From assembly GCA_043228905.1 (NCBI GenBank), contig JBHGNT010000021.1, forward strand, positions 3,286,001 to 3,350,000: a stretch of DNA of 64,000 bases. The letters run 5' to 3'. Under the pieces are notes generated by a model. It was not told the origin of the DNA. It made no database searches and was given only the letters and a program-made list of their open reading frames with translations. Source of the stretch: Azolla caroliniana. Taxonomy: Eukaryota; Plantae; Polypodiophyta. This document shows positions 40,444-53,881 of this stretch, in pieces (position 1 is the stretch's first letter; each line of letters opens with the position of its first letter). Made by a program: the position numbers and the translations under genes.

Positions 40444-43400
40444 TGTTAGAGCTAAATCCTAATGTAAGCAAGAGATAAGGAAATAATGAATAAAAATATA
40501 AGAGACGAGAGAGAAAGAAGGGCGTCGATCCACCCGACCACCCCCGAGTGAAGGGATCGAGATGGACTCGAGCCTCGATCGGCGTCCCATATCACCATTG
40601 TGGCGTCGAGTTGTACCTGGTACTGGTACGCTCGCTACAAGAGTTGATCCACCACAAGGACAAAGTCTTGACGTAGTCGATCATGTGTCAAATGAGGGTA
40701 GCTAGGTCTCATATTTATAGTCAGACCTAAGGCCCCCATGCAAGTTCACACTTGGCCTTAATGGGTTGTCTCAATCCCAAGTATTAAAAGTAATCCTTCC
40801 ATTCTGACACTATCGTTTAACCTTCACACTTTATCTACATGTATAGAATACTATGGTATAATTTTACCGCGGGATATTATATGGTCATGCCCGCAACATA
40901 CTCCCCCCCCCCCCCATGAGGGTAGCTAGGTCTCATATTTATAGTCAGACCTAAGGCCCCCATGCAAGTTCACACTTGGCCTTAATGGGTTGTCTCAATC
41001 CCAAGTATTAAAAGTAATCCTTCCATTCTGACACTATCGTTTAACCTTCACACTTTATCTACATGTATAGAATACTATGGTATAATTTTACCGCGGGATA
41101 TTATATGGTCATGCCCGCAACATACTCCCCCCCCCCCCCATGAGGGTAGCTAGGTCTCATATTTATAGTCAGACCTAAGGCCCCCATGCAAGTTCACACT
41201 TGGCCTTAATGGGTTGTCTCAATCCCAAGTATTAAAAGTAATCCTTCCATTCTGACACTATCGTTTAACCTTCACACTTTATCTACATGTATAGAATACT
41301 ATGGTATAATTTTACCGCGGGATATTATATGGTCATGCCCGCAACATACTCCCCCCCCCCCCCCCCCCCCATGAGGGTAGCTAGGTCAAATGAGGGTGAG
41401 GGTAGCTAGGTCTCATATTTATAGTCAGACCTAAGGCCCCCATGCAAGTTCACACTTGGCCTTAATGGGTTGTCTCAATCCCAAGTATTAAAAGTAATCC
41501 TTCCATTCTGACACTATCGTTTAACCTTCACACTTTATCTACATGTATAGAATACTATGGTATAATTTTACCGCGGGATATTATATGGTCATGCCCGCAA
41601 CATACTCCCCCCCCCCCCCCCCCCCCCATGAGGGTAGCTAGGTCAAATGAGGGTGAGGGTAGCTAGGTCTCATATTTATAGTCAGACCTAAGGCCCCCAT
41701 GCAAGTTCACACTTGGCCTTAATGGGTTGTCTCAATCCCAAGTATTAAAAGTAATCCTTCCATTCTGACACTATCGTTTAACCTTCACACTTTATCTACA
41801 TGTATAGAATACTATGGTATAATTTTACTGCGGGATATTATATGGTCATGCCCGCAACATACTCCCCCCCCCCCATGAGGGTAGCTAGGTCAAATGAGGG
41901 TGAGGGTAGCTAGGTCTCATATTTATAGTCAGACCTAAGGCCCCCATGCAAGTTCACACTTGGCCTTAATGGGTTGTCTCAATCCCAAGTATTAAAAGTA
42001 ATCCTTCCATTCTGACACTATCGTTTAACCTTCACACTTTATCTACATGTATAGAATACTATGGTATAATTTTACCGCGGGATATTATATGGTCATGCCC
42101 GCAACATACTCCCCCCCCCCCCCCTTAAAACATTACACTCTTGCAATGAAAAGTAAGGGAAGTTAGTTCTAAGAGTATTTTGTCGTTCCCATTTGGCATC
42201 TCTTGTAGATTTAACCATCTATTTAATTTTAAATTCTCAGATTATTTTAGAACGCAAATTTTTCGTTTTAACATTGAGAATTCTTTATGGTACATGTGGT
42301 TTAGAAGCTAATTCTTCAGAAGTAACCAGAGTTTTAGTTGTGACTATATTGTCGTTAGAACCAATAAGTTCTTTTAGACGACTTACATGAAAAACTGGAT
42401 GAATTCCAACGCCATCAGGAAGAGCAAGACGATAGGCTGATGAGCCAATGCGTTTGAGGATTGTAAAAGGTCCACAACAACGTGGGGCTAACTTAGCGCA
42501 CATACCCGTCGACAATGTCTTCGAATTGTGAGGTACATGTAAAAATACCTTCTGTCCAGGGTTGAATACATGGGGTTGCCTATTATTATCAACATAAAAA
42601 CACGCTTTACCTTGAGCTGTTTTTATATTATCTCGTGCAATATGCAACATATCTTGCATATCCCGAAGAAAGTTTTGTGTAATTTGCAATTCATCATGAT
42701 GTATATTATCATCAATCAGGGCTTGTGGTTGAAAACCATACATCAACATAAAAGGACTATATCCCGTCGATGTATGCTTGGAGATGTTATAAGCAAACTC
42801 CAAAATTGGGAGATAACGTTGCCATTTTGTTGGTTTTGCACCAACGTATGCTCAAAGCATGTCCTCAATAATTTGATTTACTCGTTCTGTCTATCCATCG
42901 GATTGAGGATGATCTGTGGAGCTCATGCTCAATGTAGTTTCTAACTTCTTAAAGACTTGCATCCAGAAGTTGTTAGTAAACTTTGGATCTCGATCACTCA
43001 CGATATCCATTGATAACCCATAAAAACAAAATAACTCATCAACGAATTGGTACGCCAATTCAGGAGCTGTTATCATGGTTTTAGTACCAATAAATCTGGC
43101 CATTTTAGTTAGTCTATAAACCACAACCCAAATGGCATCATGGCCTTTTTGGGCGCGAGGTACGCTAACAATAAAAATCCATGGATATACTTTCCCTCTT
43201 ATTGTTGGGAATTTCCAAGGGATGTAAAAATCCAACGGCTTTAAGTCGCTCGACTTTGTTAACCTAACACTGGTGACATTTAGTCATATAGTTATGTATG
43301 TTAGGACGAATCTTAGGCCAGTAGAATTGAGTGGAGATGAGAACAACTGTGCGATGTATTCCAGGGTGCCCTGATGAGGGTGCATCATGGCATTAAAAAA

Positions 43401-46322
43401 TAATTCTCTTTTTGACCTAAGGCAAATCTAGGACACAAACCTTCCCATTACGATAGAGTACACCGTTAGCAATGTGAAAGGATTCCTTTGAGGATGTGGT
43501 GATGTCTGTTCTAGACTCAACTCTTGCCCAATACTTTCCAAAATAACTTTCATCAGAACACTTTCGTCGAAGGTGATCATAAAGATCTAATGCTATTTCA
43601 GAAAAGCTAAGCATGTTAACTTCACGGATGCGACTCAATGCATCAGTGACAATGTTCATGCAACCTTTACGATATTGTATGGAAAAATCAAAGTCCTAGA
43701 TGAGAGTGCCTTACACCCTTTGAGGTCTTGTTGGTCACAAAAATATTTCAAGGACTCGTAGTTTGTAGTTACCACAAAATGATTTCCATAAAGATAATGG
43801 CGACATGACTTTAACGCATGGATAACTGCAAATAATTCCTTTTCTTGCACGGTATACTGACACTTAGCAGAATCAAGTTTCTTACTCTCAAATGCTACTG
43901 GTTTACCATCTTGATAGAAGACGACACCTATAGCATAATCACTTGTGTCGGTTTCAACCTAAAAAGGTTTTGAAGGATTTGGTAAAAGGAGTAAAGATGA
44001 GGTCTAGTGTAACATTCCGTACGATAGATTTTGTAGACTTACGCGTTTGAACTTTTAGAAGATCAGTAAACAATGTCGTCAATTGGGAATAATTACGAAG
44101 AGATTTTCGCAAAAACTCGACAAACCCAAGGAATGATCGAACTTCTCGAATATTCCGAAGAGTGGGCCAAAGTTTGACTTTCTTGATGCGAGAAAGATCA
44201 ATTTAACTCCTTGTTTGTTTATGAGATGTCCAAGATAAGTAATTGATTTCTTGAAGAACACGCATTTTGAGATCTTCGCATAAAATTGTTTGTCGTGCAA
44301 TGTTTGTAAAACAAAGCGGGCATGCTTAGCATGTTATTCTATGTATGGCTATAAACTAGAACATCATTTGGCAAGAAAAAAACGACAAATTCTCCAAGTT
44401 GTTCTCGGAAAATGTCATTCATTTCTTGTTGAAATGTGACCAGAGCATTGGTCAAACCGAAAGGCATGACCAAAAACTCGTAATGGCCATAATGCGTACA
44501 AAATACCGTTTGAAGAATATCTTCCTCACTTATACGAATTTGATGGTAGCCTGTACGAAGATCAAGTTGTGTAAAATATCGAGCTCCTTGGTGACGGTCA
44601 ATCGGATCGTCAACCCGGGGCAATGGAATCTATGAATTCTTGATCGTCACTTTATTCAACCATCAGTAATTAATACACATACGCCATGTGCCCTCTTTCT
44701 TTTTTACTAAGAGAACAGGTGCACCCCATGGAGATTTACTATAACGTATATAACCCATTCGTAAATAGTCCTTGAGTTGCTTAGATACCTCGTCCTCTTT
44801 GGATTGACTTAAGCGATACAAAGCTATACTTATTGGTGCAATGCTAGGTACAATATCTATGCGATGGTCTATATTACGTTTAGGAGGTAACCCATCATCG
44901 AGTTGTTGTTCAAAATATGATAAATGATCTGAGACACTATCGATATTATAAACGTGAATGTTGAGATCAAGTACACAATAAAATAAAGAAGAACAAGACA
45001 ACTCAGATATTGATGGAGAGGAAACAATCGAAATAGATTGTTGTTTTACACATTGAATAAAATGAGTACAATCTCTTAGTACAAAGGTAATGGAATGGTG
45101 AACTTAATCAATAGATAAAGAAGAGTTTTAATTATAAAACCAAGGATAACCCAATATTACATCAACGGTATAAAGATTCATTACATGGAAGTCTACTTCC
45201 TTTATATAAGTATAAATAGAAATGCTTAATGAATGAATCGCCCCGTTGATGTATTGTACTCTTCCGTCAGTCAAGTGCACCTTATAGGTGCGATCACTTA
45301 TGGTGGGTTGGATTCCCCATATTTGAACCAAACGATCATTCACATAATTGTGTGAGCTTGCTGAATCAAATAAAAATTGTACGGGAGATCCATTGATATA
45401 CCCATTTGCACGTAGTAAATTATTGGGTCCCAATACATAGTGAGGGAAAGAACATTTACAACTACTTAAATGATGTGTATAGACCTCAAGGATATCAGGA
45501 ATCTGACGTTTATGGTCTGCAACTTTGGTTTTGTTGTCGTGCTCTTTTCGTTGGAGCTTTCGACATTGCTCTTTCGTATGACCCTTCTTTTTGTAGAACA
45601 CACAAAAAGGATTTTGTCACTTACAATCGGGATCCATGAATTTGTTGCGTGTCTTGCGTTTCCCAACGAATTGTGACTGCTTAGTCCCAAGCGCTTTGGG
45701 TTTGTTATGGTCCTTCTTCGAAGTGCGTTGATAATGAAGAACTATTTCAACAACCTCTTTGAAGGATTTGGGATCCTTATTGTGCACTATCAAGTGATAG
45801 TCCGAATTGGGGATGCCATTGACAAAACAAGTTATCCCAAAGTGCGAAGCCCCCTAGTCCTCGACCGACATATGCAATCTTCGTATTATCTAGATTGGGA
45901 TAAAGCTCAAAATGAGACTCCATCAGCCCAGCCACATGCAGATTGCTTCTTCGGTTCTTTCCTTTTTTTCTCTTATAAATGGTTTTATGAAAAAAGATGG
46001 TTCACCTTGATCCTCATCAGGTCTATTAGTATCACGTTGCATACTAATGACACGTGCCTCGAGAGCACTATTAGATTGCCGAAGTTCAGAAATCTCGTGC
46101 AAGGTAGAATTAAGGAAATCTTGTATTTGTAAAAAATATGACTCAATGGGGATTGGCCTACTATGAGGATTTCCTTGAATTCCTTCTTCTTGGGTAGATG
46201 CCATTGGGTTGTTATTATGAGCCATTGTTTCGTTATAACGTGTAGCGAAATCAAGGTGACCAAGGGGAATAACAAAAAAGAATTTGTTTAAAGGATGGTG
46301 ACTATGCCTTTCTCATAAACAA
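40444..46322 (-). mobile_element. Decayed Ty3/gypsy chromovirus-like LTR retrotransposon: 3' LTR 40444-40898, then gag-PR-RT-RH-INT-chromodomain. 5' end interrupted at 46322
   Basis: Fragments: PR (FLFDSASSHNY), RT (SPWGAPVLLVKKK, LDLRTGYHQIR, MPFGLTNA), RH (EKELFAVIHALK), INT (IVSDRDPKF, HPQSDG), GPY/F (GPFTILKRIG...HPVFHVSRLK) and a chromo-like tail near 42190-42300. PPT is the poly-G run abutting the LTR start TGTTGC. Many stops and frameshifts. Confidence 0.88.
40692..42124. repeat. Six tandem copies (about 225-257 bp) of the LTR U3 segment plus the PPT
   Basis: GAGGGTAGCTAGGTCTCATATTT...CCCGCAACATACT(C)n recurs near 40692, 40916, 41140, 41397, 41655 and 41901. Copies differ mainly in poly-C length and a short linker. 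Confidence 0.95.
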
Positions 46323-46653
46323 TGTGAGGACAACCACTAAGTTCCTTTCCTCGTGTAAAGAATCGGGTATGATTCTTGTGTAGCGGAATAGATGTGTGTT
46401 ATGTGCGTATGTGCGTATGTGTGTGTGAGAGAGAGAGAGACACACACACACACAGAGTATACACAAGGTAGATTGTATTAACAAAGGAGAAAGACTCAAC
46501 ATGTTATACAAGGTGGGAGGAGGGTGCTTTATGTAGTCACCCTCTCTCTTCATTAACTACAAGACTCATGGAGCATGGAGAATGTGAAAGCTCATAAGTC
46601 ATGTGTCATAGAATATGATTCTATGACTCATACTAAATGCTAGAATACAAAGT

Positions 46654-47353
46654 GGTGACATAATGGTGACTCTTGACTGTTGGAGTGTCAATCCACTCTC
46701 AAGGTGAGTTCACACACTAGACCAAGTTGAGCTTGATTCTCAACACGCCCCCTCAAGGTCAAGTCGGGTCGGTTTCAGATGGTATCCGAAGTCCGCTTCG
46801 ACTCGCGTTCCGGAGTCCACGTTGTCGTGAAAATCCGTCACTATGTGCGGATCGTGAGGCGGAACCGCCGGGGTTCTGGACTAGAAGGATTTAGTGCAAC
46901 ACGTACAACACAAGCAAGTTTTAAGCATAAGACAAGTGGGAGAGAGAAATCATTTCTTTATTGCAAAAGAAAATCGATTCTTTATAAATTCAGAATCGTG
47001 TTAGGTGACATAATGGTGACTCTTGACTGTTGGAGTGTCAATCCACTCTCAAGGTGAGTTCACACACTAGACCAAGTTGAGCTTGATTCTCAACACGCCC
47101 CCTCAAGGTCAAGTCGGGTCGGTTTCAGATGGTATCCGAAGTCCGCTTCGACTCGCGTTCCGGAGTCCACGTTGTCGTGAAAATCCGTCACTATGTGCGG
47201 ATCGTGAGGCGGAACCGCCGGGGTTCTGGACTAGAAGGATTTAGTGCAACACGTACAACACAAGCAAGTTTTAAGCATAAGACAAGTGGGAGAGAGAAAT
47301 CATTTCTTTATTGCAAAAGAAAATCGATTCTTTATAATTTCAGAATCGTGTTA
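46654..47353. repeat. 350-bp direct tandem duplication spanning the copia 3' LTR edge, PPT and 3' UTR
   Basis: 46654-47003 is nearly identical to 47004-47353; the ORF-track peptides at 46779 and 47129 are duplicates. Confidence 0.95.
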
Positions 47354-47718
47354 TAATGGGTTGGGTATGGAAATGAGAGATTAGTTTTTCAAAGAAAGGA
47401 GCCAACAACCTTGCAAGGAGTGGTCTGATATGAATACGAGAGATAATTTTTTACCAGAAAGCTCAAGTAAACAAAGCTAAGAGTTTGATATCAATATGTG
47501 AGATAATTTTCTTCTCGAATCTGAGAGGGAAGAAGAAAGAAGGGGAAAAAAAGAAGAAGAAAAAAACTAGGAGGGAAAAAATGGGACATATATCGAGCTC
47601 CTCGTTGATCCTCCTCCCCAATGTTACTTTGCATGCCCACTTTTAGTCGGATGGCCTCTATTTTTAGTTGCATGGCCTCTGCTTTTTGTCGCATGCTTCC
47701 ATTTTTAGATGCATGCCT

Positions 47719-47743
47719 TAAACCCTAAACCCTAAACCCTAAA
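47719..47743. repeat. Short interstitial plant telomeric repeat (AAACCCT)x3 inside the copia 3' non-coding region
   Basis: TAAACCCTAAACCCTAAACCCTAAA. Confidence 0.8.
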
Positions 47744-50700
47744 CTTTTTGTTTAAACATTTGTTTAAGTATTCTCCTCTCTTAATCATAATCATTCTCTT
47801 CTCAACCATAACCCCTTTTCTTTAACCATAATCCCTCCCTTCTCTTTTAATCATAACCTTGCGTTAAGTGTTTGCCCAAGTGTTTTCTTATCTAAATATT
47901 TGTTTAAACATTCGTTTAAGTACTTTGTTTAGCAACCCCTTCCCCCTTAATCATAATCCCTTCTTAACCATAATCATTTTTTAATCTCAATATCTCTTTT
48001 CTATTTTTATTTTTATTTTTATTTTTTATAATAATCTTTCTTTTAAGTGTTTGCTTAAGCGTGTGTTTAAACAACTCCCGTTCATCTAAGCGTGTGGTCC
48101 CGTTTTAATAATACTCTATATTGGTGTTTTAATAGTACTTTATTGGTGTCTAATAACTTAAGTTATCCCAATGATCTTTAATATGTTCTAAAAACTTTGA
48201 TTAGGTTTAAATACTTTTGATAACTTCAACAAGCTACACTCCCCTAACCCCCACCCACGCCCTCACTTTTCTATTCTTCTAAAACTATATCACTACTTAT
48301 GTTTAGACATACAAATAAGATCTAAACTTGAGTCCACCCCAAACAACCCCCGATGAAGTGCCGCACACTTTAAGCAATCTTAAAAATGCGTGCATACTCC
48401 ACGCGGCCATTTAGACACGCGTACGCCCAAAGCGTGCACACCACATAGTGTAGCCCAAGTCACCTTGAACATCCTATGCTCCACACATTGATAAAATGAA
48501 TATGTTTTGGTTTCCCTTATATATTTTGGGTTCTAATGTTGTCCTATCTATGTGGGATATCTCACAATTTTGTCTTTTCTTTTCTTTTCTTCAAACTTCA
48601 CACTCACATAACTTGATACTTGTTTATCTGTTTTATGCGTAGTAAAATACGTTATGAAGCTCTTTAACATATCTATCTTTCCATATCCATATATTAAGCT
48701 AATCGTAAATAGTTATTTTACTAGTTTTCATATCGTGTGTGAAAAACCACATGATAGCGTCGACTCGCATTTATGCGGAGTTGCAGAATTCGTCCTCCGG
48801 CTTGCGTTGTGCGTAGTTGCGAAGTCTGCGCTTCGGCTTGCATCTTTCTTTGCGGTTTTGCACGGTAGATGGGCTTTGTTGCGCGGTTGCGTAATCCACG
48901 CGTTATTGCGTAATGTCTTCAATACCCCCCCTCAAGCTTGGCAGGTCAAGGATCATCAATCTGAGATCGGTCATGACTTGCCACAGCTTGTCGGCTCCTA
49001 AGGCTTTAGTGAAGATGTCGGCCGTTTGAAGATTTGTGCTAATGTGTTGTAGGTCGACATCGCCAGCTAGAACGCGCTCTCGGATGAAGTGATAGTGCAC
49101 TTCGATGTGCTTTGTCCGCACGGGAACACCGGGTTCCGAGCCAGATAGATACTGCTCATGTTGTCGTAGTAAAGGGAAGTCGGATCCTTGATGGGTACGC
49201 CTAGATCCTTCAAAATCCTCTTGAGCCATACAGCTTCACACGCAGCTACGACTGCACCCCTGTATTCTGCCTCCGTACTCGAAAGAGCGACGGTAGGCTG
49301 CTTCTTGCTACTCCAGGATATTGCTCTGCTGCCGAGGGAGAAAACAAATCCGGAGGTTGATCTTCTATCGTCTTTGTAGCCGGCCCAATCGGCGTATGTG
49401 TACCCCTCGAGTCATATTGGCATCGCGGTCTTGTATAGTATGCCGTAATCCATTGTGCCGCTCACGTATCGTAGAACTCGCTTAGCGCAATCCAAGTGAG
49501 TATCACGCGGTGTTTGCATGAATTGACCTAGGAGACCGACCAGATAACTGAGATCGGGTCGAGTGATCGTGAGGTAGATGAGACTCTCGATGAGTTGCTG
49601 ATATTGAGTTGGCTCACATGCTTTGGTGCCAGAGTTTGCATCTAGTTGGAGATTACGATCGAGCGGGGTTGCCACGGATTTGCACTCAGCCATCCCGAAC
49701 TTGTATAGCAAGTTGAGGATGTAGTGCCGTTGAGAGATCATGATTCCGGTCGGACTCCGAATTACCTCGATGCCGAGGAAGTAGTGGAGTTCCATCATGT
49801 CCGTCATCTCGAACTTGTCGGAAAGGAGGGATTTTACCTTATTGATTTCGACGAGATGCTTACCTCCAATGACTAGGTCATCCACATATAAGATGATGAC
49901 GATCAGACTTGCAGAATCGCTTCGTATGTAGAGGGAGTTGTCCGATTTTGACATACGGAAGCCGATTTGATGAAGATATTGCGTTATCTTCGAATGCCAA
50001 GCACGCGGTGCTTGCTTGAGGCCGTAGAGTGACTTCTTGAGTCGGCATACAACTTTTGGATGGGTGCTCGAGTTGAAGCCGGGTGGTTGTATCATGTACA
50101 CCTCCTCTTCTAATTCGCCTTGTAGAAATGCGTTCTTGATATCCACTTGATGGAGGTGCCACCCTTTCGCCACAACAAGCACAATTACAGTCCGTACCGT
50201 CATCATCTTTGCCATCGGGGCAAAGGTCTCCTCGTAGTCAACTCCGTGCATTTGGGCGTAGCCTTTCGCTATGAGTCGCGCTTTGTAGCGGTTGACGGAT
50301 TTGTCGGCGTTGTACTTCACTTTGTAAATCCATCTGCATCCGATCGCCTTTTTGTGTGGTGAGGTGGGAATGAGATCCCACGTCTCATTCTTGCGTAGTG
50401 CCTCCATCTCCTCGTTCATGGCTTCGATCCATCGCGGATCCTTGGCTGCTTCGGAAAATGTTTCTGGCTCGCGTACTGTCGCCACTTTCATCATAAAGGC
50501 ATAGTGATATGCCATGTAGTCGTTGTTGCCGAATCGGCTGACCGAATTCTTTTCACGGGTGGAGCGACAAAGCTTTTCATTCGCAGAGATGAGGGCTTTC
50601 TTAGCTCCGATTGGTACCTCGAAACCGCCGAACTCATTGTCAAGTGAGTGAGTTGACTCATCGTCGTCGAAGTGATCGTTTGCGTATTCCACCATTTTCG

Positions 50701-53700
50701 ACTTGCCTTTGTCCATCTTTGGGCTAGGCCGTGATGTGCTTTGATCGCTCAAAGGCTCTTGTGGTCCGCTCAGTCGGGTTGTGATCGGACTTTCTTCGAA
50801 CATGCGCGTAAGGCGATCTTCATCCTGTATCTCTTGTTTGGCGGATTCCAGGTCGAGAGGAGTCGGAGTTGTCTCTGGCACTTGTACCCCTTTTGCTGTA
50901 GTGAGTATCCTACGAGGATACATTTCTCTGACTTTGGGTCAAGCTTTTGACGCTTCTCGTCGGGGATGTGCACGTACGCTATCGCGTCAAATATCCGGGT
51001 GTGCGATAAATCCGGCTTCTTTCCGAAGTATTTTTCGTGCGGAGTGACCTCGTGCACGCCGGATGTTGTGCATTGGTTCATTAGGTAGATGGCCGTATTT
51101 GCAGCTTCGGCCCAATATTACTTGGGCATATGCTTCTCGTTCATCATGGCCCGTGCTACTTCGAGGATGTGCCGATTTTTGCGCTCGGCTACTCCGTTTT
51201 GTTGCGGAGTGTGTCGGCAAGTGAATTCTCGTCGAATTCCTTCCTTTCGGAGATACGCCTTGAAATCGTCCGAGAAGTACTCCTTGCCGCCATCCGATCG
51301 AAGACAACGTACATGTCGGCCCGTGGCTTTCTCGACTTCATTCTTGAATGTTTGGAAGTGTCCGAACACTTCGCTCTTTTGCCGCATCAGGTAGATCCAA
51401 GTGTGCCTAGAGAAGTCGTCGATGAAGAGCACGTAATATCGGCATCCGCCAAATGTAGTCGTCTGCGCTGGTCCCCATACGTCGGAATGGACTACGTCGA
51501 GTAGACCTTTGCTCACGTTCCGCTCTTTTGGGAATGGGTGGTCGTGTTGCTTGCCGAATTGGCACGCTTCGCATATACCTTCAATCTCTTTCTCTTTGAA
51601 TGTCGAGAGTCCGATGACGACTCCTTTTGATTTCATTGCTTTGAGTTTGTTGAGATTGATGTGGCCGATTCGCTTGTGCCATAGCTCTATGTTGGAGTCG
51701 GCTTTCATGCTTTTCGCAAACATGGCGGATTTCATCTCGCGTGAATCGAGAATGAACATCCGGCCCTCTCTTCTTCTGCGTGCGATGATTCGGCCTTCTT
51801 TTTCGATGAAGCACCCTTCTTGGTCGAATCGTACTTGCATCCCTTACTCAACCATTTGGCCGACCGAGACCAAATTCTTCGTGATGGTGGGAACATGCAA
51901 GACATTTTTAATGTATGTTTGCTTACCTCTTTCGCCGAACGGAACATTGCCGATGTGCCGAATCGGGTGCGTAGTGTCATCTCCGGTTTCGACATAACCG
52001 GGTCGCTCCGGCTCTCGAAGTTTGAGAAACCATTCTTTGTGGGATTTCATATGATTTGAGGCTCCGGAGTCAACAAACCATACGTCCTCCGGATTGAGGG
52101 CACTAGTTAGGGTAGAGGCTGACATAGAGTTTGCTCTATGTTTCATTATGAACATTTCGCCACGGTTGGCGTTGCGTGCATACATTCCACCACGATCTTC
52201 GTAGTCGGAGTTGTGCCCGTACATTCCGCTATACTCTTCGTAGTTGGAGTTGTGCACGTAATTCGTGAGTTGTCGGCTTGTGGAAGCCGATTCACACATC
52301 TTCTTTCGGCACTCTTCTTCGTGGTGGCCGAGCTTTCCGCAATATCCGCATTTGGAAGCTCCCCCTTCTTGCGAAGGTTCCTCGTTGGCTTCCGTTTTGC
52401 TTCCGTCTTTCGTAGATTTTCCAATGCCTCCTTCGGCGTCTTAGCTTCGCGAATGTAGCCGAGCATGTGATCGTGAACACATGGCGCCAAGCAATACATC
52501 ACGCGGCTTGCGGCTTGCTCCCATGTCGCGTATCCGGGAGCCGCTTCGGCGGGACGGTCTTCATGCGCTCCATTGATGTAGCTCCAATAGCCTTGTCCGA
52601 CAAGGTATTGGTGCATCTTGTACTCCCAAGATGCAAAGTTGTTTCGATCCAACTTCTCGGTAGGGAGAGCGCTCCCCATTTGAGTATTCATTATGTTGAT
52701 TCTTCTTATTCTTCTTCTCGCTTCGAATGCGAGCTATGTAGCGAAGCTACGATAGCAATGAGCCGGTTCTTGGTCATCGGCGTGGAGCACAAGACACGAT
52801 CATGATGAGGCAAATGGGCTAGATCGAGCTACCAAATCGCTCTGATACCATGTAAAGAATCGGGTATGATTCTTGTGTAGCGGAATAGATGTGTGTTATG
52901 TGCGTGCGTGCGTGTGAGACAGACAGACAGAGTATATGCAAGGTAGATTGTATTAACAAAGGAGAAAGACTCAACACGTTATACGAGGTGGGAGGAGGGT
53001 GCTTTATGTAGTCACCCTGTCTCTTCATTAACTACAAGACTCATGGAGAATGGGGAATGTGAAAGCTCATAAGTTATGTGTCATAGAATATGATTCTATG
53101 ACTCATACTAAATGCTAGAATACAAAGTGGTGACATAATGGTGACTCTTGACTGTTGGAGTGTCAATTCACTCTCAAGGTGAGTTCACCAAGCTTGATTC
53201 TCAACACCTCGAAAAGGATAACGTTCGATTTTCCAAAAACACGTTTTCGTGAAGAAAACCGTCCCTAGGCGCAAACCGTGTATAGCGTGTGTGAACCGGC
53301 CCTTACACGTGGGCACGCCCCTTGTTGTATAGTAGATAGACAGGCACAAAAGTCAACTCCTAGGTAGCAATATTCTATAGGGGGAATCGAGGAGTGTCTC
53401 TGTTCGAAAGGATAGAGAATTAATGTGATGTAAACTGGTGAAACGACCTCCCTCCTTGAGCTATAAAAGAGAGGGAGACGGGGAGAGATAGGCGTGCGCT
53501 AGAGGGGACGAAGTGCTGTCGGACTGGGACCGAGCTCTGTCGTTCTCCATAGCTTTCTTTTGCATAGGTTCTCGAGAGGCTGATTATGCTCCGTGGAACG
53601 CCCGTGTGCTTCCGACAGAATCTCCATCTTGCTCCCCTGTGTGTGTGGGTGATCAAGCGTCGGCATCCATGTCGCTAACCTGATCGGCTGTAACCGTTCG

Positions 53701-53841
53701 AGTCATCTGCATATGTACAAATACACACGTATATTTATATATATGCACTAGTGTTCTTATACTCTATCTCCTGCTCAACTCGTGCCTCCTGTGTTGTTGG
53801 GCCGCGTTCCCGTGCGCTTCTTTGTCTATACGTGTGTGAGC

Positions 53842-53881
<40 letters not shown>

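Larger units (their letters stand above)
46354..53206 (-). mobile_element. Full-length but defective Ty1/copia LTR retrotransposon: 5' LTR 52851-53206, 3' LTR 46354-46745, TSD CCTCG
   Basis: Both LTRs read TGTAAAGAAT...TCAACA. CCTCG flanks at 46349-46353 and 53207-53211. tRNA-Met PBS (GCTCTGATACCA on +, 52839-52850). PPT next to 46746. gag/zinc knuckle, PR (WFVDSGASNH), INT (HSDVWGP, LRSDGGKEY), RT (YKARL, LYVDDL), RH ([12 protein letters not shown]). Contains stops and deletions. Confidence 0.95.

Noticed and set aside
40692-42124. CRISPR-like array
   Set aside because: Whole units repeat with no unique spacers, they derive from an LTR, and there are no cas genes in this eukaryotic sequence.
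47719-47743. Chromosome end or telomere-healing site
   Set aside because: Only three units, embedded inside a TSD-bounded copia element.
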